NCBI GenBank assembly: GCA_947453875.1
Contig: CANGIH010000001.1
Span: forward strand, 1 to 25,329
DNA length: 25,329 bases
DNA from: Planctomycetaceae bacterium
GTDB taxonomy: Bacteria > Planctomycetota > Planctomycetia > Pirellulales > UBA1268
Reading direction: 5' to 3'
In this document: positions 19,115 to 25,329 of the stretch, one piece after another
Position numbering within the stretch: the stretch's first letter is position 1
How the letters are laid out: every line of letters starts with the position of its first letter
The notes under the pieces: model-generated
Told to the model about the DNA's origin: nothing
Databases searched by the model: none
What the model saw: only the letters and a program-made list of their open reading frames with translations
Translations under genes and position numbers: made by a program

Positions 19115-19155
19115 CCCCATTCCTCCAGATCACCCCAGGGCCGGCAGCCGAACAC

Positions 19156-19184
19156 TTGCCGCCCCCCCGGGCACCCTGCATCAT
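19156..19184 (+). promoter_or_regulatory. Candidate sigma70 promoter for DUF2237 gene, overlapping an opposite-strand TATGAT box
   Basis: TTGCCG-N17-CATCAT on +; TATGAT on - at 19180-19185. Confidence 0.4.
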
Positions 19185-19227
19185 AGCCCTCGGCAAGCTC
19201 CCTCCGCCCACTGAGAGCCCAGCACCG

Positions 19228-19629
19228 ATGATCGCCTTCAGCCGCCAGCCCCCCTCCCCAGAGTCTGCCCCCGATCGCAATGTCCTTGGTGGGCCATTGC
19301 TCCCCTGTTCGCAGGCCCCGCTCACCGGCTTTCTCCGTGACGGTTGCTGCAGGTCGGTGGCGGGGGATTCGGGCTCCCATACCGTCTGCGCCGTCATGAC
19401 GGCAGACTTTCTCAACTACACCGTGGCTGCCGGCAACGATCTGGTCACCCCCCATCCCGAATGGGGCTTTCCGGGGCTTGAGCCGGGCGATCGCTGGTGC
19501 CTCTGTGCGGCTCGCTGGCTCGAGGCTGCCCGTGCCGGACATGCCCCTCCGGTGATCCTCGAGGCGACCCACGAGCGAGCCCTCGACATCATCCCGGCTG
19601 AGTTGCTCCATCGTCACGCCGCGAGCTGA
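19228..19629 (+). CDS. DUF2237 family protein
   Basis: NVLGGPLLPCSQAPLTGFLRDGCC, HTVCAVMT, GNDLVTP, FPGLEPGDRWCLCAARWLEA, PPVILEATHERAL. Confidence 0.9.
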   Translation: MIAFSRQPPSPESAPDRNVLGGPLLPCSQAPLTGFLRDGCCRSVAGDSGSHTVCAVMTADFLNYTVAAGNDLVTPHPEWGFPGLEPGDRWCLCAARWLEAARAGHAPPVILEATHERALDIIPAELLHRHAAS

Positions 19630-19728
19630 TCGCAGCAGCTGAGGGTATTTCGCCCCCTTTGCCAGAGCAGCTCTCGACTCCCCGGTCGATCCCCCGTGCA
19701 CGCCCGCTCCGCGCCGGCGACAGCGCAT

Positions 19729-19767
19729 AAAAAAACCTGCGGCGGGCACCGGAGCGCCCGCCGCAGG
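19729..19767 (-). terminator. Rho-independent terminator of the PEP-CTERM gene
   Basis: Minus strand CCTGCGGCGGGCGC-TCCG-GTGCCCGCCGCAGG (14-bp stem, one G-U pair) followed by T7. Confidence 0.9.
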
Positions 19768-19838
19768 ATTTAAACAGAACGTCTGATTGTCAGGTCAGTG
19801 GTTCACGAGCCAGTCTGAAAGCTCTCCAAAACCAACGA

Positions 19839-21167
19839 TCAGTTCTTCTTGGCAAGCATCGCGAGGCGACGCTTCTTCCACACCGACCAGCCGGCCATGG
19901 CGACGCCGACACCGGCGAAGACCATCGTCGACGGCTCGGGCACCACCACCAGGTTACCGGTGGTCGAACTATAGACCAACCACTGGTCCCCGTTAGCAGT
20001 CGTGACCGTGGCACTCTGCCAGCTGCCATCGCCATTGTCAGTCCAGGCAGCCGTACCGATAGCGGCATAGGGGCTGCTGGGGCTGATCGCCGACAGAGCA
20101 ACATCCGAGAAGTTGCCCGAAAGCGTGCCAGCCGCACTCAACAAGTTCCAAGCCGTGAAATTGTTGTAGAGACCGGTGTTGTTGGAAAAGTCGATCTTGA
20201 AGTGCCCGTCTTGAGCCAGATTACCAGCGAGGCTGGCACCGTCACCAGCAGCCTGAAGCTGCGTAGCGACACCCTGAGACGTCACGCTCGCGATCGTGGT
20301 CAGATTAGCACCCAAGGTCACATTCCCGTCAGCGATAAACTTATCGCTTCCGCCACCGATCGTGAACGTGCCAGAGCCACCGAGGCTGGCATTACGGACG
20401 ATCGTGGTACCACCGGTCGCGTTCAGACTGCCGCTACCGACAAGGCTGACGTTGGACGTGGTGGCATTGTCACCCGTGAGACGGAGGATACCGCCCGAAA
20501 CATCGAACTGGGTCGGACCTTGGAAGATTGTGTCGCCCGTAAACGGATCCGTTGAGGTCGGGATCGCAGAGATCGTCACATCGCCCGAGGCCACCGCAAA
20601 GTTACCGACCTTGGGATCGCTGGCGTTGGTGTACTGGCTGATGACGACCTTGCCGGTTCCAGTACCACTGACCGTCATGCCCTTGCCGTTGGCACTGAGA
20701 GCAGAGATGGTCAGATTCTGATTGCCGTTAGCACTGATGGCGGAATCAGCCAACTGGCTGAGCGAACCGATCGTCACGGCCTGGGTGCCCGTGCCACTCA
20801 TCGTGATACCGGTCGATCCCATGCGGATAGCAAACTGCTGCCCAAGGGTGACCGGACCGGGGTTGTTGTTGAAAGTCAAACCCGACACGTTCGGGGACCC
20901 AGCCAGCGGAATGCTCGCCGTGTTACCCGACGCGGAACCGAACGTCACGAGCACATTCGTGTTGGAACCGAAGCCAGGCGTATTGGCCTGGAACGGGGAG
21001 AAATTGGAGGCGAAGGTCGTAGCCGACCCCCACTTGTTGTTGTTGGTAATGGCAGTGCCGACCCACGTACCCGGGCCTGCGAAAGCCTGCGACCCGAGCG
21101 CCATTACGGCCCCGGCCATCGCTGAAGCGGCCAAAACCCGCTTCATGAAGGAGAAATTTGCATTCAT
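19839..21167 (-). CDS. PEP-CTERM (exosortase target) surface protein with autotransporter-passenger-like Gly/Thr/Ser/Asn-rich body
   Basis: Signal peptide MKRVLAASAMAGAVMALGSQAFA; C-terminal VVVPEPSTMVFAGVGVAMAGWSVWKKRR. Start 21167 (AAAGG upstream) or the next Met. Confidence 0.92.
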   Translation of the reverse strand: MNANFSFMKRVLAASAMAGAVMALGSQAFAGPGTWVGTAITNNNKWGSATTFASNFSPFQANTPGFGSNTNVLVTFGSASGNTASIPLAGSPNVSGLTFNNNPGPVTLGQQFAIRMGSTGITMSGTGTQAVTIGSLSQLADSAISANGNQNLTISALSANGKGMTVSGTGTGKVVISQYTNASDPKVGNFAVASGDVTISAIPTSTDPFTGDTIFQGPTQFDVSGGILRLTGDNATTSNVSLVGSGSLNATGGTTIVRNASLGGSGTFTIGGGSDKFIADGNVTLGANLTTIASVTSQGVATQLQAAGDGASLAGNLAQDGHFKIDFSNNTGLYNNFTAWNLLSAAGTLSGNFSDVALSAISPSSPYAAIGTAAWTDNGDGSWQSATVTTANGDQWLVYSSTTGNLVVVPEPSTMVFAGVGVAMAGWSVWKKRRLAMLAKKN

Positions 21168-21274
21168 GCAAAAACCTTTGGTTAGGAGAGCCAAGAACCG
21201 GTGCACCGATCCCTGGTGGATAGAAAACTTGAACCAGACTCGATCAACCGAGAACATCTGCCCTGACAGGCAAT

Positions 21275-21303
21275 AACCTATGGTGGAAAGAGAAATGAGT
21301 CAA
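21275..21303 (-). promoter_or_regulatory. Sigma70 promoter for the PEP-CTERM gene
   Basis: Minus strand TTGACT-N17-TAGGTT with an A/T-rich tract (21313-21325) upstream of -35. Confidence 0.6.
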
Positions 21304-21394
21304 CCACCGCCGGAAATTTTTTCAAAGACGTGTCTATCGGCAAAAACCGTGGGTTTTGTGAGCCATCTTCGCCCCCACAACCCCCCCACCCCCC

Positions 21395-21417
21395 AAAAAG
21401 AGCGGCCTGTGGCCGTC
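21395..21417 (-). terminator. Possible weak terminator after the large TPR gene
   Basis: Minus strand CGGCC-ACA-GGCCG-CTC-TTTTT immediately after the TGA. Confidence 0.35.
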
Positions 21418-24400
21418 ACTTCTGGCGCACAAACTGGAGCGGCTTGGCCTCCTTGGGGGCGCCGGCGACTAGGAAATCGAAGGCATCCGGCCCCTTCGAG
21501 GTGACGTTGGCCACCATCGTCCCCTGCGATTCGGTCTGGAGAGCAATCGAATCGGCACTGCTGTCGAGCCTTCCCTTGAGCTCCACCGCCGGCTTCCCCT
21601 CCGGTTCGGCCCTCCAAGTAAATGACGAATCCTCGCCAATCGTCAGGGTGACCGCGTTTTTCCCCTCCGTGGCCTTCCAGGTGCCGACCAGATCGGTCTC
21701 CGGGCCGGCCGGGGTCTCCTCCGCCTCCGATGGGGCGGCCGGAGCCGGCCTTGCGACCTGCTCCGGGGCTGCCTTGGGGGCTTCCGCGGGAGGCGTTTCG
21801 GCGGGCGGCGTGAGCGATTCGAGCAACCGGCTGGAGACGATGTCGCCCGGCTGCTTCGCCACCACCACCTTCAGCGCCTCGGCCGCCAGATCGGCGTGCC
21901 CCCCCACCAGGTAGTGGTAGGCGAGGACAAAGTGCCCGGCCGCACTGGTCGGATTGGACCGACAGAAATCCTCGAGCTTCCGCAGCTGGCCGGTGTAGGT
22001 ATCGACCGACCCGTATAGCCCGCTCATCGTCGTCCAATCCATCCCCGGAGCAACGGCCAGGATGGCGTTGAGCGTCGCCGCGGCCTCCGGATAGCGCCCC
22101 AGGGCGAAAAGAGCAAGCGCCCGCACTTCATGGAGCACCGTGTCATTCGGGGATGACTTCACCGCCCGGTCGATGCTCGAGAGCGCCCCGGGATAATCCC
22201 CCTGCTTGAACTTCCCGATCGCCTCATCGAGTGCCTTGTTGGCCTCCGCCTGGGCCGGGGTGACCTCGGCTTGCGCCGCCGCAGTGCCTGCGCCCCCTTC
22301 CCCCCCTTGGGCCGCATTGGTGGCATCGCCCCCATCGCTCGTGATGTAGTTGTTCACCACGATCGGCTGGGAGTAATCGTAGGGCGACGCCGCAGCGACT
22401 GTCTCCGCGGAGTAGTAGGGATTGGCGTAGGTGGTGGCGTAGCCGAGCGAACTCGACCCGATTCCCCACGAATTGACCATCGACGACATCCCGAGCGTCG
22501 CCGCCCCGAAGGCCAGCGGCGAGGCCCAGCCATTCCCCCAGCAGCCGTTGTACCAGCTGTCGTAGTAGGGATTCACATAGCCGCTGTTCCAGGCGTTGGC
22601 GTAGCCGCCGTAGCCGTAGCCACCGTAGCCGCCATATCCCCCGTAGCCCCAGGAATTCCCGAGCCCCCAGCCGGCCAGGGCACCGACGCCCGCGCCCACG
22701 CCGAATGCTCCCCAGTTGCTCCAGCCATTGTTGTAGCCGCCACCGTAGTAGCCGCCGCCCCAACCACCACCGCCGTAGTTGTTGAAGTTGTTGTTGTTGA
22801 CGTTGACGTTGTTGCCGATGTTGTTGTTGTTGCCGTTGTAGCCGGGGCGGTTGTTCCAGTTCGGTCGGTTGCCGTCCCAGTTGCCGGGGCGGTTGCCATT
22901 CCACTCCCCGGGTCGATTGCCATTCCATCCCCCTGGCCGATTGCCGCCAATCCCCGGTCGCCCCCCCTGATTCCAGCCCCCTTCGCCAGGCCGGCCGGGA
23001 CGGTTGCCGCCGCCGATCTGACCAGGATCGGGCCGACCACCGCCGATCCCGCCAGGACGATTGCCACCACCGATGCCGGGGCGATTGCCGCCGCCACCCA
23101 AGCCCCCTTCACCAGGCCGGTTGCCGCCCCCGCCGATTCCTCCCGGCCCACCGATGCCACCGGGCCGATTCCCCCCGCCGCCAATCTGACCGGGGAGTGT
23201 CGTCACGCCGCCGGGGCCGAGCGGGCGATTGCCGTTATTGATGCCCCCTGGGCGGTTGCCACCGCCGCCGATCTGGCCGGGGAGCGTGGTCGCCCCACCC
23301 GGCCCGATGCCTCCGGGACGATTGGGGCCGATGCCGCCGCCCGGCTGCGGAAAGGAAGGCTTCGTCGAGATTCCCCCGAGACTCGGCCGGTTGCCCGGGC
23401 CGCCAAGCTGACCGGGGAGCGTCGTCGCCCCACCCGCCCCAGGACGATTGCCGCCACCGATTCCGCCAGGGCGATTCCCGCCGGCACCAGCGCCACCCAG
23501 CTGACCGGGGAGCGTCGTTGCCCCACCCGCCCCGGGGCGATTGCCGCCACCGATTCCGCCAGGGCGATTTCCGCCGCCACCAGCGCCACCCAGCTGACCG
23601 GGGAGCGTCGTCGCGTTCCCGGGGCCAACAGGACGGTTCCCCGCCAAGCCACCGGCGCCTTGCCCACCACCGCCAATCTGACCGGGGCGGAATGAGGGGG
23701 CGGGCTTGGTGGCAAAGCCACCACCGGGGCGGCTCGCCGACCCGCCGCCAAGCTGGCCGGGGAGCGTGGTCGCGCCACCGAGGCCACCGGGGCGCCCCCC
23801 GAGCTGACCCGGCAATCCGGCAGCCCCTGCACCGAGGCCATTGGGGCGACTGAGCCCACCGAGATTCCCCGGCTGCGGCGACGGCCGCGTCATCGGGCTT
23901 CCACCGACGCCCCCCATGCCGGGCCGGCTGATCCCGCCGCCGAGTTGGCCGATCTGCGGGGCCGGGCGGTTGGCGGCACTCGGAAACGAGGGCCTAGCCA
24001 TATTGTTGCCCATGCCGGGGCGCTGGAAATTCGGCTGGGCGGCTGGGCGCTGCATCCCTTGCATTCCCTGCATGCCGCCCGGCGCAGGGCGGGTCATCGC
24101 CTGCCCCATGTTCGGCCGCTGCATATTCATCTGCGGCCGCTGCATCTGTGGCGCAGGGCGGCTCATCTGCTGCCCCATGTTCGGCCGCTGCATGTTCATC
24201 TGCGGCCGCTGCATCTGCGGCGCAGGGCGGCTCATCTGCTGCCCCATGTTGGGCCGCTGCATATTCATCTGCGGACTCGGCCGCGACATCTGCGGCCGGC
24301 CCGCAGGCGCCGCACCGCGGCCGCCGCCACCACCGACCCCCCCCATGGGTGGCCGAGCCTCGACCGCAAGCGGAATCGCCGCCACGAGAAGCACCGCACA

Positions 24401-24424
24401 GGCAGACGCAAGCATCGCTCGCAT
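21416..24424 (-). CDS. Large secreted low-complexity (Gln/Met/Pro, Gly, Asn, Tyr-rich) protein with C-terminal TPR and beta-rich domain (1002 aa)
   Basis: Signal peptide ending LAVEA; GAGGTG SD; internal repeats; YVNPYY/YANPYY/YDYSQPI; TPR-like ALDEAIGKFKQGDYPGAL..HEVRALALFALGRYPEAA..HFVLAYHY; terminal LVGTWKA..domain. Confidence 0.85.
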   Translation of the reverse strand: MRAMLASACAVLLVAAIPLAVEARPPMGGVGGGGGRGAAPAGRPQMSRPSPQMNMQRPNMGQQMSRPAPQMQRPQMNMQRPNMGQQMSRPAPQMQRPQMNMQRPNMGQAMTRPAPGGMQGMQGMQRPAAQPNFQRPGMGNNMARPSFPSAANRPAPQIGQLGGGISRPGMGGVGGSPMTRPSPQPGNLGGLSRPNGLGAGAAGLPGQLGGRPGGLGGATTLPGQLGGGSASRPGGGFATKPAPSFRPGQIGGGGQGAGGLAGNRPVGPGNATTLPGQLGGAGGGGNRPGGIGGGNRPGAGGATTLPGQLGGAGAGGNRPGGIGGGNRPGAGGATTLPGQLGGPGNRPSLGGISTKPSFPQPGGGIGPNRPGGIGPGGATTLPGQIGGGGNRPGGINNGNRPLGPGGVTTLPGQIGGGGNRPGGIGGPGGIGGGGNRPGEGGLGGGGNRPGIGGGNRPGGIGGGRPDPGQIGGGNRPGRPGEGGWNQGGRPGIGGNRPGGWNGNRPGEWNGNRPGNWDGNRPNWNNRPGYNGNNNNIGNNVNVNNNNFNNYGGGGWGGGYYGGGYNNGWSNWGAFGVGAGVGALAGWGLGNSWGYGGYGGYGGYGYGGYANAWNSGYVNPYYDSWYNGCWGNGWASPLAFGAATLGMSSMVNSWGIGSSSLGYATTYANPYYSAETVAAASPYDYSQPIVVNNYITSDGGDATNAAQGGEGGAGTAAAQAEVTPAQAEANKALDEAIGKFKQGDYPGALSSIDRAVKSSPNDTVLHEVRALALFALGRYPEAAATLNAILAVAPGMDWTTMSGLYGSVDTYTGQLRKLEDFCRSNPTSAAGHFVLAYHYLVGGHADLAAEALKVVVAKQPGDIVSSRLLESLTPPAETPPAEAPKAAPEQVARPAPAAPSEAEETPAGPETDLVGTWKATEGKNAVTLTIGEDSSFTWRAEPEGKPAVELKGRLDSSADSIALQTESQGTMVANVTSKGPDAFDFLVAGAPKEAKPLQFVRQK
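23406..23614 (-). repeat. 93-bp intragenic tandem repeat (31-aa ATTLPGQLGG..NRPGGIGGGNRPGAG unit), ~2.2 copies
   Basis: AGCTGACCGGGGAGCGTCGT recurs at 23406, 23499 and 23592. Confidence 0.85.
24081..24274 (-). repeat. 69-bp intragenic tandem repeat (23-aa RPAPQMQRPQMNMQRPNMGQQMS unit), ~2.8 copies
   Basis: GGCGCAGGGCGG recurs at 24081, 24150 and 24219 with near-identical intervening sequence. Confidence 0.9.
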
Positions 24425-24571
24425 TCGAAAAGCACCTCAGAAGGGGGGATGAAATCCCAGGATGATCGGGGGGGCAGGGTCAGCGACGGAGCAGGACAGG
24501 AGGCGGCATCACTGTTCGTGATTCAGGTGTCGATGGTTCGCTCTCGCTGTCGCGATTGCTGCCACCACACG

Positions 24572-24617
24572 CTCGCAGTGGGCCGGCGACGCAGATCGCC
24601 ACCGGCCTCACTGCGAG
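24572..24617. other. Stable intergenic inverted repeat/hairpin
   Basis: CTCGCAGTG...CACTGCGAG outer 9-bp arms plus inner GGCC and GGCGA/TCGCC pairings; no downstream U-tract on either strand. Confidence 0.7.
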
Positions 24618-24633
24618 AAAACAACACCGTCGT

Positions 24634-25329
24634 TCAAGACCGGTTCTGGATCGGCTTGCCGGGCACTGCCGGCGGCGCCGGAGCGGCGGGCACCGCCGGC
24701 TTCACGGTGCCGGCAGGGGTGGTCGGGGTGGCCGGAACAGCCCCCTTCGGCACGGCCGCAGCCGCCGGAGTCGGCGCCGCCTTGGGGGCCTCGGTAGCCG
24801 GGGCCGCTGCGGGCTTGGGGTCGGATGCGGCAGGCTTGGCCCCTTCCGGCTGCGGCGGACGACGGGCGACGGTGAGCTCGAATTCGGGTTCGTCCATCCC
24901 TCCGATGATCCGATCGCTCGAGCGGACGACAAAGTGATCGGCGTCGGTCGGCGTCACCGTCACCGTGGCCGATCCGGTCGTGCCATCGGGCATCGTGGCA
25001 TCCGACTTGATCACCCAGCCGGCTTCCGTCGGCACCCACTCACCAGTGCTGAAGCCACCGTCGGAGTCGAACGTCCAGCTCCGCAGCACCCCCTCGAGTG
25101 GATCCCAGCCAATCCGCTGGTGGCTGCGGGATTCGGGCATCCCACCGACGGCGAGCGTGTAGTCGCCAAGGAGGAAGTTCCCGTCGTCTTCCCAGCGGTA
25201 GCTGATCGTGGTCTTCCCCTCGGGGCTTTCGTCGATCCAGTCGCCGACGAGGAACGACACGGCAGAGAGCATTTCGGCCGGCGTCGGCGGCGGATCGTCG
25301 GCAAACTCGCTGTAGGAGGCGATCGGCCA
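24634..25329 (-). CDS. Planctomycete NTF2-like (DUF4440/SgcJ-EcaC-like) protein, C-terminal part; 5' end outside window
   Basis: Frame open to the window edge (WPIASYSEF..). FLVGDWIDE, QRIGWDP, RSWTFDSDGGFSTGEW, SSDRIIGG, then a Pro/Ala tail. Family assignment is from recollection of planctomycete proteins. Confidence 0.7.
   Translation of the reverse strand, partial: WPIASYSEFADDPPPTPAEMLSAVSFLVGDWIDESPEGKTTISYRWEDDGNFLLGDYTLAVGGMPESRSHQRIGWDPLEGVLRSWTFDSDGGFSTGEWVPTEAGWVIKSDATMPDGTTGSATVTVTPTDADHFVVRSSDRIIGGMDEPEFELTVARRPPQPEGAKPAASDPKPAAAPATEAPKAAPTPAAAAVPKGAVPATPTTPAGTVKPAVPAAPAPPAVPGKPIQNRS

Noticed and set aside
19839-21167. Low-GC segment as a mobile element or prophage remnant
   Set aside because: No transposase, integrase, terminal repeats or target duplication seen.
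23190-23780. TTLPG repeats as sortase LPxTG signals
   Set aside because: Motif is LPGQL, internal and repeated, with no following TM helix or basic tail.

Overview
High-GC (~70%) bacterial chromosome segment, very probably Planctomycetota (inferred from the DUF1552/DUF1592 pair, a planctomycete-type ECF sigma next to a Ser/Thr kinase, a PEP-CTERM protein and a Gly/Tyr-rich TPR protein). About 18 CDS, two cut by the window edges. In order: DASS transporter, Cys-rich secreted protein, degenerate LarA-like protein, DUF1552 plus cytochrome c/PA14/DUF1592 pair, rsmG, type III glutamine synthetase, S41 protease, ECF sigma, Hanks kinase, LRAT-family NlpC/P60 protein, P1B-5 ATPase, miaE, DUF2237, PEP-CTERM protein, 1002-aa low-complexity/TPR protein, NTF2-like protein. 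Several near-consensus sigma70 promoters and one clear intrinsic terminator are visible. No rRNA, tRNA, CRISPR array, transposase or integrase was seen. Best leads: (i) an anti-sigma-less ECF with a DASD motif beside a membrane kinase, with a downstream LRAT enzyme as possible target; (ii) a ~350-nt glnA leader with an anti-SD hairpin, a uORF and a UCC/GGA-rich tract; (iii) an NTF2-like protein plus a secreted prion-like TPR protein; (iv) a hemerythrin-less P1B-5 ATPase beside miaE and DUF2237. All family calls come from motif recognition by eye, not from database searches.
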